Sequence record: MG592456.1
Strand: one strand, 5' to 3'
DNA length: 64,000 nucleotides
The translations under genes and the position numbers were made by a program. This document shows positions 28,833 to 37,673 of this stretch, one piece after another; within the stretch, counting starts at the first letter, position 1, and every line of letters starts with the position of its first letter. The notes beneath the pieces were generated by a model. That model was not told the origin of the DNA and did not search any database. It was given only the letters and a program-made list of their open reading frames with translations.

Positions 28833-30305
28833 TTACTCTTTTCGAATGCGCAAACCGTTGATGTACCCCGTTGTTGAACCAACTTCAGCTTCAATAGTTA
28901 GCAATAGTGTACCAATTTCACCCACAGTGACGCCCGTGAATGTTAATATCTCGGGGATTGCTGGGTCAAGTAGATCAACAGCACATTGTATGTTCCCACT
29001 TTGTGCACCAACCGTGTACTTCCCAACACGGGTAGTTGACGTGCTATAAGCTCGACTGCCCGTCATAGAAACTTCATAACTTGCTGATGGGTCAAGCCCG
29101 TCGACTAACGTCACGTGCGCCATATCAGTCGAACAGTTTTCTTTATTCAGAGCATAGTTAAGTAATGAAATATCACTACTTGAGTGTCCGGCATACCCAT
29201 TTTTTCCACCAAAAAATCCATCATCAATTTCTAATGTCGCACCGGTGACTTTCGTCCCGTTGCGATTATAAAGTTCAATCGGCGTATTAGCAGCGCTAAT
29301 ACTGTTGCGGTGACGCCCCATCCATTTTGAGTGATATGCGCCAGAGTTAAATCGAACAACGACATCTTCAATATATTGTGTTTCTGGAATTGTTTGCTCA
29401 ATTCGATCACATATCAAATCGACAATATCACTACCTGCGACCAATCGCCCGGGGTCCGTCATATGTATGCCATCTAAATTGTATTCAGGGTGTTCGAATG
29501 TCCATTTGTGTAAGTTATATACAGGCTGACCGTCCTCAACCCAATTAGGGGTCAATTCTTGTATAGCGGGCAGCATATGATTGCTATTATACTCTTCCGC
29601 TGGCATTGACGCTGGTGGAATTCGATAACTGATTGGCGATGCTAAAACTTCAAACTGTGCAGCTAGCCCAGCTTGAATAATACCGCGGAAATTTGCCTCC
29701 ATCGAAGCTGCCGCTGTTGGGTACCCTTCAAATGCACTTGTTAGATCATTGCCGTTTGTATGCACAGTCATGAAATTCACACCATCACGTTGTTGTACTT
29801 CAGCGATGTGAGTTGACAAGGTCGACAGTGTAGTTGCTGATTTAGTTCCGCCAACAGCGCGGTCAAAAATCTTCGCATAAACACCTTTAGCAGCGAATAA
29901 ATCTTCAAGATGTTCTTCGTTGTCATATATTCCATGTTGAATTGACGCACCGACAGCTAGTATATTCAATGGTCCCGTTATCTGCATCTTTGGAGAATTA
30001 ACCACAACCTTGATTCGAAAAAATCGACTGTTGTGTGATTCTCGAATAAGCAGAGAATTATCACCGAATTGCGCACTTGACATCACTTCTTTAACCCAGT
30101 CTGGGGCATCTAATGTGATTTCTCGGGGAAGTTGTGATATAGTATGGTATGATTCTTGTATATTTGCGTATTTTTCAGCAATTCGAGTAAATGAAGTTGT
30201 CCTCATTGAATATCGGGGAAATCCCTGTATAATAAACGAATTGAGTACATCAGATGGCATCGTAAAATCAATAATATCCATTTCTTGATTGATAGGAATA
30301 GTCAT
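28833..30305 (-). CDS. Late protein with SGNH/GDSL hydrolase-like domain and C-terminal beta-rich domain
   Basis: ILAVGASIQ (block I variant), AVGG, HTNGND (block III), DGIHM (block V); exact late promoter. Confidence 0.7.
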   Translation of the reverse strand: MTIPINQEMDIIDFTMPSDVLNSFIIQGFPRYSMRTTSFTRIAEKYANIQESYHTISQLPREITLDAPDWVKEVMSSAQFGDNSLLIRESHNSRFFRIKVVVNSPKMQITGPLNILAVGASIQHGIYDNEEHLEDLFAAKGVYAKIFDRAVGGTKSATTLSTLSTHIAEVQQRDGVNFMTVHTNGNDLTSAFEGYPTAAASMEANFRGIIQAGLAAQFEVLASPISYRIPPASMPAEEYNSNHMLPAIQELTPNWVEDGQPVYNLHKWTFEHPEYNLDGIHMTDPGRLVAGSDIVDLICDRIEQTIPETQYIEDVVVRFNSGAYHSKWMGRHRNSISAANTPIELYNRNGTKVTGATLEIDDGFFGGKNGYAGHSSSDISLLNYALNKENCSTDMAHVTLVDGLDPSASYEVSMTGSRAYSTSTTRVGKYTVGAQSGNIQCAVDLLDPAIPEILTFTGVTVGEIGTLLLTIEAEVGSTTGYINGLRIRKE

Positions 30306-30347
30306 GTGTGACCCTCTGTTAATAATTGTATCGAGTTTGATACAAGT

Positions 30348-30355
30348 TATTTATA
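30348..30355 (-). promoter_or_regulatory. T4 late promoter TATAAATA
   Basis: Exact consensus on minus strand; divergent ACTAAATA at 30371-30378 (+). Confidence 0.85.
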
Positions 30356-30378
30356 TGAATAGTAAAAGAGACTAAATA

Positions 30379-30663
30379 ATGGTAGTAAATCTGTCTAATC
30401 ATTCATACGACGTCTACATCGGCCGCGGCTCCTCATACGGAAATCCATACAAAATCGGGGTTGATGGCACAAGATCAGAAGTCATTGAGCTATATCGAAT
30501 ATGGTTACGCCACAAGCTTAATGACCCTGAGTTCATGGAATTGTTTCTCACACTTAGAGGTAAGATTCTCGGGTGTCACTGCAAACCTAAAGCTTGTCAT
30601 GGTGACGTGATTGAAGAGGAGTTGAGTCGATTAGGCAGCCCATTAAACAATTTTATAGGTTAA
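30379..30663 (+). CDS. DUF4326-like protein
   Basis: YDVYIGRGSSYGNPY..G.DGTR, LGCHCKPKACHGDV. Confidence 0.8.
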   Translation: MVVNLSNHSYDVYIGRGSSYGNPYKIGVDGTRSEVIELYRIWLRHKLNDPEFMELFLTLRGKILGCHCKPKACHGDVIEEELSRLGSPLNNFIG

Positions 30664-30665
30664 TT

Positions 30666-31613
30666 ATGAAATTTTCAACATACACTAATGAAACACAGTC
30701 GCTAGACGAAGCGATGGACAGAGCAGCACATTTTGTGTGGGATCAGAGTAGTAATCGATGGTGGCTAGCAAACTTCCGAGTCAGTGGGGTTGAGTATCAT
30801 ACTGTAGTGATTCGCTCTGAATACCAACACGCAAGTGGTTATCAATATGAAAACGCGGAAGTGTCGTTTCAAGTCAGAGACGCTACCGGTACGTGGTCTC
30901 ATAAACTGGTAAAGGGAAACTCCGCTGATGCAATGACAGTACTTGCTACTGTACTCGCAAGCACATTTGATTATATCGATACGAATAAACCAGAACGTGT
31001 TGAGTACACCGCATATCAAGATGCTGACCCAGCCGACGCCAAAAAGCGCTTGAGATTGTATGAGACGATGACGAGGCGTGGTATCAAAGGCACTGATTAT
31101 GAATATACTCGCAATGGAAATAAATTTGTCGTAGTACGTAAAGGCTTCGCGCAGCGTGTTGCTGATGCAGTTGGTAGCAGTATAGAGCCAGTTGGGATGC
31201 GAACGACGGGAAGATCAGGCATATCGATTAACATTGCGCAGGCGAACGCCGCAGCATTTGCGACCGCGTTTGACGCCTTAGATAGCAAGAAATCGGGCCG
31301 TCTGGCGCAAGGTAGAGCCGCAGTTGGTGCGGGTTCATACGGACAACTACAGGCTGAATTACTCACGCCCCGTGGCGAGCGAGTACCAATGACAGACGAG
31401 TTTAGCTGGAAACAGGTATTAGTACATCCAATATGGACGTTTGACGACGACACTCCTGACACGAAAGACCCGTATTATATGGTGGGTGAATTTCAAGGCA
31501 CGTACGTTGTTCTCGATGATGGCCTTTTAAGAGTGTTCAATGATGAGACGTTTTTCATTAGATATATAACTCCCGGGAGTGGTGCTAAACTACGTAATAG
31601 GAACGAGATATGA
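30666..31613 (+). CDS. CTS-bearing paralogous protein
   Basis: MKFSTYTNETQSLDEA; LVKGNSADAMTVLATV...KKRLRLY. Confidence 0.75.
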   Translation: MKFSTYTNETQSLDEAMDRAAHFVWDQSSNRWWLANFRVSGVEYHTVVIRSEYQHASGYQYENAEVSFQVRDATGTWSHKLVKGNSADAMTVLATVLASTFDYIDTNKPERVEYTAYQDADPADAKKRLRLYETMTRRGIKGTDYEYTRNGNKFVVVRKGFAQRVADAVGSSIEPVGMRTTGRSGISINIAQANAAAFATAFDALDSKKSGRLAQGRAAVGAGSYGQLQAELLTPRGERVPMTDEFSWKQVLVHPIWTFDDDTPDTKDPYYMVGEFQGTYVVLDDGLLRVFNDETFFIRYITPGSGAKLRNRNEI

Positions 31614-31909
31614 GACAAGTCATCGAATTGCTCAACAAGACAAAACTATCCTACACTGACATCAGCGCATTTGGTCAGCCTTGCATATACGTACACGCAG
31701 GGGTGGAGACTATTCTGCGTGTAACATACAACGAGGACTGTTTTTCATTTTATGATTATCGAAGTCAGTATCTATACGAAGAACAGTCGGTTGACGATCT
31801 TGAACTACACTTAAAATCAATTGACGTAGGTCTACCGAACGATATCGTTCTAAACCTGAACGGAAATATTGACAGAGACACCATTCCTCATGGGGCATTT
31901 TTAAAATGA
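31610..31909 (+). CDS. Hypothetical protein
   Basis: ATGA overlaps on both sides. Confidence 0.65.
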   Translation: MRQVIELLNKTKLSYTDISAFGQPCIYVHAGVETILRVTYNEDCFSFYDYRSQYLYEEQSVDDLELHLKSIDVGLPNDIVLNLNGNIDRDTIPHGAFLK

Positions 31910-32745
31910 AATTTTCAGAATATCAAGAACTCAATGAAGCATTTGATCGAGCAGCACCTGACTTGGTGATTAAACGCAATAGAAGCAAATTCAGTGTTGA
32001 TGGTCAAGAATACGTGGTTAGTACTTCTATTGGGTTGTCACGTACGGCCATGTCGGTTGCATTTTCGGCTATTGACGAAGACGGAACTCCCAGCTATGAG
32101 CTAGTTAAAGGTGATGCCCGCACAGCCATGACTGTGTTCGCCACCGTGATTAAAGTCGTACAGCATCACATTGAGAAATACGACTTAATTCGCGTACATT
32201 TTTCGGCATATGCTGACGACATTACATCCGACGCGAAGAAACGAAAGCGACTGTACACGTCATTGACCAAACGTTATGCCGAACAAATGGGATGGGAATG
32301 GGAAGAAGTCGGCGGGGATTTCAGCATCAAAGCTCCAGTGGTCAAAGAAGAGCCAGCGGGATATTCTACAAGTTGGGGTACTGAGTCTCTAGATTTGTTC
32401 GAAGTGAATGCAGCAGCGGTGATTAAAGCAGCGAATGATATTAACATGCGATGGGATTTGTATGATGGCGCGGTTTTGGAAATTATCACTGCAAGTGGCA
32501 GAGCCAGATTGTCTACTGGCTCGATTAATAGCGTAGACTCATGGGCAGACGCATTTGCGCCCCTTATATGGGGCCCGGGGGAGTTTGAGGGAGTGGACGA
32601 CATGCAGAGAATTGCAAGAATTGCAGGTAAGATCTGGGTCCAAGGTGATATGGAAGTGACAATCTATAAAAATATCGAGCACTTCGAGCGTGACGCTGAA
32701 AATCCGGTGTCATCTGAGACAAAATTGATATTAGACCTGATGTAA
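31906..32745 (+). CDS. CTS-bearing paralogous protein
   Basis: MKFSEYQELNEA; LVKGDARTAMTVFATV...KKRKRLY. Confidence 0.75.
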   Translation: MKFSEYQELNEAFDRAAPDLVIKRNRSKFSVDGQEYVVSTSIGLSRTAMSVAFSAIDEDGTPSYELVKGDARTAMTVFATVIKVVQHHIEKYDLIRVHFSAYADDITSDAKKRKRLYTSLTKRYAEQMGWEWEEVGGDFSIKAPVVKEEPAGYSTSWGTESLDLFEVNAAAVIKAANDINMRWDLYDGAVLEIITASGRARLSTGSINSVDSWADAFAPLIWGPGEFEGVDDMQRIARIAGKIWVQGDMEVTIYKNIEHFERDAENPVSSETKLILDLM

Positions 32746-32749
32746 AAAC

Positions 32750-32777
32750 AAAAGGTTAGCTTCGGCTAACCTTTTTT
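32750..32777 (+). terminator. Intrinsic terminator (UUCG loop)
   Basis: AAAAGGTTAGC-TTCG-GCTAACCTTTT. Confidence 0.9.
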
Positions 32778-32798
32778 CGGTCTAAAACAAAGAAAAAC

Positions 32799-32827
32799 TT
32801 TACAACAACCCAGAAATCGCCTATTAT
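32799..32827 (+). promoter_or_regulatory. sigma70 early promoter
   Basis: TTTACA-17-TATTAT; TATCGAAAC leader. Confidence 0.75.
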
Positions 32828-32859
32828 AGCTCTATCGAAACAACAGAGAGAGATATCAC

Positions 32860-33165
32860 ATGAACGTAACAGCAACTTTAAAATTAATCGAAACAGATTT
32901 TGTTCGAGCGGCTATGAGCAGAAGAAAGACGCATTGTCTTTACGCGAAAATCATGGGTGACTCACTAGGTCGTTTCGATTCGGGTGACACCATCTTCACA
33001 TCAAACGTCGAACGTGTTGAAGTCATCAACGATGTCGTATACGCAATTACTCATACAGGTAGTGTGTATCAGCTTGAAGGTGTAAATCAAGCAACGGTAG
33101 ACGGGATGTGTGAACGTGCAGCCTTAAATGGTATAACAATCATGCGCATGACATCTACTGTTTAG
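32860..33165 (+). CDS. Hypothetical protein
   Basis: GRFDSGDTIFTS..VYAITHTGSVYQL. Confidence 0.7.
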   Translation: MNVTATLKLIETDFVRAAMSRRKTHCLYAKIMGDSLGRFDSGDTIFTSNVERVEVINDVVYAITHTGSVYQLEGVNQATVDGMCERAALNGITIMRMTSTV

Positions 33166-33218
33166 AAATATTTCAGAAGTAACAATCATTCATCGAATTC
33201 ATTAGAGAGAAAATCATT

Positions 33219-33548
33219 ATGTCGACAACAATCGTTAACGTTACTGCTGCAATCGAACTTACTTCTAAATTTTTAGTTAAAGATGGCCGAATTGAAGGTC
33301 GTTTTTATAATTCACGTCTTGGTCATGAGAATGGCGAAGTCGGCTTAACTCAGCCAATCCAATCATACAAAGTCGTTGATAGTAAAGTATATGCTGAAAC
33401 TACATGTTGTGTATTTCACTTGCGTAATCTATCAGCGAATCAATTAAACGAATTCAATTCAAACAATGTTTTCGTTCACGTTAAGAAAAAAGATCCGAAG
33501 GGTGACGAACTAATTCGCAGTGCGCTATTCGCATCATTCGAAGTTTAG
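33219..33548 (+). CDS. Hypothetical protein, possible paralogue of preceding gene
   Basis: GRFYNSRLGHENGEVGLT..VYAETTCCVFHL. Confidence 0.7.
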   Translation: MSTTIVNVTAAIELTSKFLVKDGRIEGRFYNSRLGHENGEVGLTQPIQSYKVVDSKVYAETTCCVFHLRNLSANQLNEFNSNNVFVHVKKKDPKGDELIRSALFASFEV

Positions 33549-33599
33549 TTTTTATCGAATATAAGTATATCGGATTTTCATCAATTTAAGAGAAATAAC

Positions 33600-34514
33600 A
33601 TGAAAAGTACAATGTTCCTGCAAAATATCAGCGTAATAGACCACGCATATGTCTGCGACGAAGGTAAAATCAACGGCATGAGCTACAACTTGTGTGTTGA
33701 AATCACAGGTGAAGTAGACGAAACCGAGCAAGTCGTCATTGACTTCAGCGGTTGTAAGAAAGCAATCAAAAATTTAGTCGATGAATCAGAGCACGCGATT
33801 GATCACAAACTTGTAATCATCGACGGCTACAGCAAAGCACATCTTGATACAGTCGAAAATCGCGACCGAACTAAGATCACATCACCTGAGTTTATCGCCG
33901 TTGCATCAGTTGAAGACTGGTTCAAAGTTGTCGAAAACATCACTATGTTCGAAGATAAGCATCAAATTCCATCAGATGTGAAGTACATGAACTATCTGAC
34001 GCAATATCTTGAAGATATGCTAGTAGAACAGCTTCGAGCACTGGGATATCCCGTCACTGAAGTGCTTGTAGAGCTGTCAGAGAAGTTTGATCTGCCATCA
34101 TGGGCAAACGCTCACGCTGAGTTTAACTACGCTCACGGGCTGCGTTCAAGCACGTCTTACGGGTGTCAGAACATTGCTCACGGTCATCGTTCGTTTATTG
34201 CGGTAGATGTACACTTAGGTACGAATGGTCGCAAGGTACTGAAGCGCATTGCAGAAGAAATGACCGGGTATTTCGCATGGTCAGAAAACATTCGATCTGA
34301 TGATGGCGCTGTATCGTATACGTCACAGCGTGGCAATTTCCACTTGCAAATACAAGACCCAATCATCATCCCGACTGAAACTACAGTTGAAAATTTAACA
34401 GCATTCATTGCCGACAAATACATGAATGAACTTCAAGACATGGGTGTTGAGCGTCTGTGGGTTTCTGAAGGGTTATCAAAAGGTGCGGTAATCAATATTC
34501 CACTAAGGAAATAA
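33600..34514 (+). CDS. queD: QueD / 6-pyruvoyl-tetrahydropterin synthase-like, tandem T-fold
   Basis: DHA, VIDF..KK..K..DHK; AH..HGH; ETTVENL; adjacent to folE/queC/queF. Confidence 0.8.
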   Translation: MKSTMFLQNISVIDHAYVCDEGKINGMSYNLCVEITGEVDETEQVVIDFSGCKKAIKNLVDESEHAIDHKLVIIDGYSKAHLDTVENRDRTKITSPEFIAVASVEDWFKVVENITMFEDKHQIPSDVKYMNYLTQYLEDMLVEQLRALGYPVTEVLVELSEKFDLPSWANAHAEFNYAHGLRSSTSYGCQNIAHGHRSFIAVDVHLGTNGRKVLKRIAEEMTGYFAWSENIRSDDGAVSYTSQRGNFHLQIQDPIIIPTETTVENLTAFIADKYMNELQDMGVERLWVSEGLSKGAVINIPLRK

Positions 34515-34515
34515 T

Positions 34516-35205
34516 ATGACTGTGATTTACATAGACGAAGTTCTTGGTGGGTTTGACATTGGGTACACGAAAGGTACGCACAGCGGCAAATGTACGTCAT
34601 TCACATGTGGCGAGTGGGGTACAGATTTCCCATTCATCACTGATGAACATCAATTTCGTCAGCAATTGAATGCGTCTATGTTATCACATGATAGTTCTAT
34701 CTATATTACCGGTAAAGAAACATATGTGTGTGATGATACGTTCGACAACGTTGTTGCGATAGTCAAAAAGACACTAAACGACACAAATTACAGGTTGCAA
34801 TGTGAATGTGTCATTGATGGTGCTGAGTTGAAACGACGCACTGAAGCCGCGAAACACCCGATTAAGGTGTTGACTACAGTCAAGGGTGAAGTCAAAAAGG
34901 TTTGGCCTTACCTGACTGCTGACGGTCGATGTGCAATGCGTAATATGAATCAGTATCATACTAGTGGCGGGTTCTTGGGCATACCTCAGACAATGCAGCC
35001 AAATCACCCATCTGAAGTAACTCAAGATTTAAAAATGTTCGATGGTGATGTCTATAAAGAAGGCACGGCTAATTATCTAAATCGCCCACAATCGAGCTTA
35101 TTCGTTCTACCTACGATAGAACTCCCTGATGCAGAAGTCATCAACATGTTGCAGGGGAACATTAGCAATCCAAACGATACAGGATTGCTTGCCTTTTTCG
35201 GGTAA
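34516..35205 (+). CDS. Unknown protein in deazaguanine locus; C-terminus LLAFFG
   Basis: AAGGA RBS; coupled to queD. Confidence 0.75.
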   Translation: MTVIYIDEVLGGFDIGYTKGTHSGKCTSFTCGEWGTDFPFITDEHQFRQQLNASMLSHDSSIYITGKETYVCDDTFDNVVAIVKKTLNDTNYRLQCECVIDGAELKRRTEAAKHPIKVLTTVKGEVKKVWPYLTADGRCAMRNMNQYHTSGGFLGIPQTMQPNHPSEVTQDLKMFDGDVYKEGTANYLNRPQSSLFVLPTIELPDAEVINMLQGNISNPNDTGLLAFFG

Positions 35206-35221
35206 CAATCTGAATAACAAG

Positions 35222-35250
35222 TTTAATAGCACGCGGTTGCGTGCTATTAT
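35222..35250 (+). promoter_or_regulatory. GTTTA-class promoter with 10-bp inverted repeat
   Basis: (G)TTTAAT-17-TATTAT; AATAGCACGC/GCGTGCTATT. Confidence 0.7.
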
Positions 35251-35276
35251 TGTTTCTAGTCAATGAGGAAAATTAA

Positions 35277-35951
35277 ATGTTAGACACGAAAAAAACCGAC
35301 GCTGTATTAGGCGCTCAAGTAGAAGCACATTTACAATCAATCGGCATGAATACGCCGATGATGGAACACAACATACACACCGATGCAAGTAAAAAGCGCA
35401 TCTTAGAAGTGAAGTTTGCAGAAATCATGGAAACTCTTGGTCTTGACCTTGACGATGACTCGCTAGCAGACACACCACGTCGTTGGGCTAAGATGATGGT
35501 TGAAGACTTAATGTCGGGCTTATCGCCAGATATGTTCCCGAAGTGTACGACTGTTGATAATAAAATGAATTATGATCAAGTAGTTTGTGAAAAAGGCATT
35601 TCGGTCATGTCACAATGTGAGCATCACATTCAAACTATCGACGGCTTTGCGACTGTTGCTTACATTCCTAAAAATAAAGTGCTCGGGTTATCTAAAATGA
35701 ATCGCATCGTTGAGTATTTTTCTCGTCGACCGCAGATTCAAGAACGATTAACGGTTCAAATCGCTGAAACGCTCAAGTTTATTCTTGATACTGAAGACGT
35801 TGCGGTTATGCTAGATTGCAAACATTATTGCGTGAAAGCACGTGGTGTTGAAGACTCGGGATCAACGACGGTTACAAGTCATCTATCTGGTGCCTTCCGA
35901 AACGAATCAAGTTGCCGAGCTGAGTTCATGGGTCTGGCGGCACGTTCATAA
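35277..35951 (+). CDS. folE: GTP cyclohydrolase I
   Basis: SQCEHH, LGLSKMNRIV, RPQIQERLT, CVKARGV. Confidence 0.97.
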   Translation: MLDTKKTDAVLGAQVEAHLQSIGMNTPMMEHNIHTDASKKRILEVKFAEIMETLGLDLDDDSLADTPRRWAKMMVEDLMSGLSPDMFPKCTTVDNKMNYDQVVCEKGISVMSQCEHHIQTIDGFATVAYIPKNKVLGLSKMNRIVEYFSRRPQIQERLTVQIAETLKFILDTEDVAVMLDCKHYCVKARGVEDSGSTTVTSHLSGAFRNESSCRAEFMGLAARS

Positions 35952-36118
35952 TGAAGAACGAGCAATGTTGCAGCAGAAATTGTGACAACACGGTAGACGT
36001 CCCTGATGATTTTGAATTTCAGGGATGTTGCTCTGGGTTTGAATGTGGGTGTATGGGAATGATGATCAATCCCGTATTCTGTGATGAATGTATTAAACAA
36101 TACGAAGGAACCGCATGA
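35951..36118 (+). CDS. 55-aa Cys-rich microprotein (9 Cys; not in ORF track)
   Basis: MKNEQCCSRNCDNTVDVPDDFEFQGCCSGFECGCMGMMINPVFCDECIKQYEGTA; TAATG and ATGA overlaps. Confidence 0.75.
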   Translation: MKNEQCCSRNCDNTVDVPDDFEFQGCCSGFECGCMGMMINPVFCDECIKQYEGTA

Positions 36119-37671
36119 TTATTGAATATGTTATGTCTGCTACGGGTCATGCTCGTATTGGCGCGGCACACAAGCTAATGAACGTAGTAGATACCAAGTA
36201 TCTTAGAGACGTTCTAGACGCAGCGCAAGACATGGACGGCGTTCACAAGATCAGTATGCTTTATAACGCCTACACTGAGAAAAAGGTTGGTATTCAAATC
36301 AACGAATTGTTCGGTGATAGCGTATATAAAGTTCATGTTGACTCGGGTGGACTGCAAATCGTCAACTTAGGTTTAGAGAACACACCAGAGTTACGTCAGG
36401 CTGTCTACGAAAATCAGGCAGCGTCTGGTGACATTGGGATGTGTTTCGACGAAATCCCGCTTCATAATGAAGCAAAGGGTGGTGGTTCAGCTCGTATCAA
36501 CACCAAAGATAAAGTGTTCATGTACGATCTCGCGTTCGAGTACGGACGTAAGACGGGTCAGAACATTCGCGCTCAAATCGAAACATACATCGCGACTAAG
36601 AGTGAGTGCAAACCGTATATCATTTTGCAAGGCAACTCTGATGACGATTTCATTGCATTCAGTGATGGGATTATGTCTGAACTCAATGGGTTAGAAGACT
36701 ATATTGCGGGTTGTGCTGCTGCCGATACATGTATTGGGAATGGTGTTCGCGAATCTATTGACATGATGTCAGTAATTCGCAAGCTGAACATACCAGAAAA
36801 GGCAAAGAAATCAGTGCATTTACTGGGTGTTGGGTCAGTTAAACGTCTCTTGCCGGCTGTTGCGCTCGTGCGTAGTGGTTATTTTGGTGAAGATTTCCAT
36901 ATGAGCTATGATTCGTCAACTCATACGGGTTGTTTAACCAATCGCGAATACACTGATAAGCTAGGTCGCCGTAAGAAGATTTCAGGTCATGGTATTATGC
37001 GCAATGGCATTAAACAGCCATCGCGTGAATTAGATGAAATGCTCGACGAAGTATGGGGACGATTTGGTCACGTATTGCCACGTTCTAAGGTTGAGTTCAA
37101 AGAGTTCGCAACTCGATTGTGGTTGAAGGACTTAGACAAAGAAACGATGACTGATGACGATATTGTGTTTGAAGTTGCGTGTAACTTGTGTATAATCTTA
37201 TCTCAAGTCAACAACTTCCAATCGATTATCTCTGAAACATTCGATTTGAACACCCCAAAGGCAGTTGATTTATCAGCATTCTTTGGAAACGCGGTTGAAG
37301 CTAAAGAATCCCAAGAAGGGTTCAAGAAATGGTCAGCGATTCGTCGTCTTGATGTTCTTGACAAGCTGCTTGATATTGACACAGTTGAAGGTTACAATCG
37401 CTGGCATACGAGTTATGTTGATCGACTACCGTCAATGCGTATTCGTCGCGGCTTAACAACCGATTTCCCTGCGTTTAAAGTCGCAGAGAAAGACGTTGTT
37501 GAAGACGTTGTTGAAGACGTTGTTGAAGACGTTGTTGAAGACGTTGACGCTATCAAATATAAGCTCAAGTTGAAAATACTAGAGTTTAAGCAACTGCATG
37601 GTAGTAACATGGTAGAAAAGAAAGCTACTGTATTAGCCGAAATCAATGAGCTGAAAGCAAAATTAGGGTAA
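36115..37671 (+). CDS. dpdA: TGT-fold 7-deazaguanine DNA transglycosylase (DpdA-like)
   Basis: VDSGG, MCFDEIP, ILQG, HLLGVG, SYDSS in TGT order; locus context. Confidence 0.75.
   Translation: MIIEYVMSATGHARIGAAHKLMNVVDTKYLRDVLDAAQDMDGVHKISMLYNAYTEKKVGIQINELFGDSVYKVHVDSGGLQIVNLGLENTPELRQAVYENQAASGDIGMCFDEIPLHNEAKGGGSARINTKDKVFMYDLAFEYGRKTGQNIRAQIETYIATKSECKPYIILQGNSDDDFIAFSDGIMSELNGLEDYIAGCAAADTCIGNGVRESIDMMSVIRKLNIPEKAKKSVHLLGVGSVKRLLPAVALVRSGYFGEDFHMSYDSSTHTGCLTNREYTDKLGRRKKISGHGIMRNGIKQPSRELDEMLDEVWGRFGHVLPRSKVEFKEFATRLWLKDLDKETMTDDDIVFEVACNLCIILSQVNNFQSIISETFDLNTPKAVDLSAFFGNAVEAKESQEGFKKWSAIRRLDVLDKLLDIDTVEGYNRWHTSYVDRLPSMRIRRGLTTDFPAFKVAEKDVVEDVVEDVVEDVVEDVDAIKYKLKLKILEFKQLHGSNMVEKKATVLAEINELKAKLG
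37490..37546 (+). repeat. In-frame 12-bp tandem repeat (AAGACGTTGTTG x4.75) encoding (DVVE)n
   Basis: Direct reading. Confidence 0.9.
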
Positions 37672-37673
37672 GT

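Noticed and set aside
34516-35205. Assignment as QueE or a preQ1 methyltransferase
   Set aside because: No CxxxCxxC, SAM-binding or Cys-cluster motif visible
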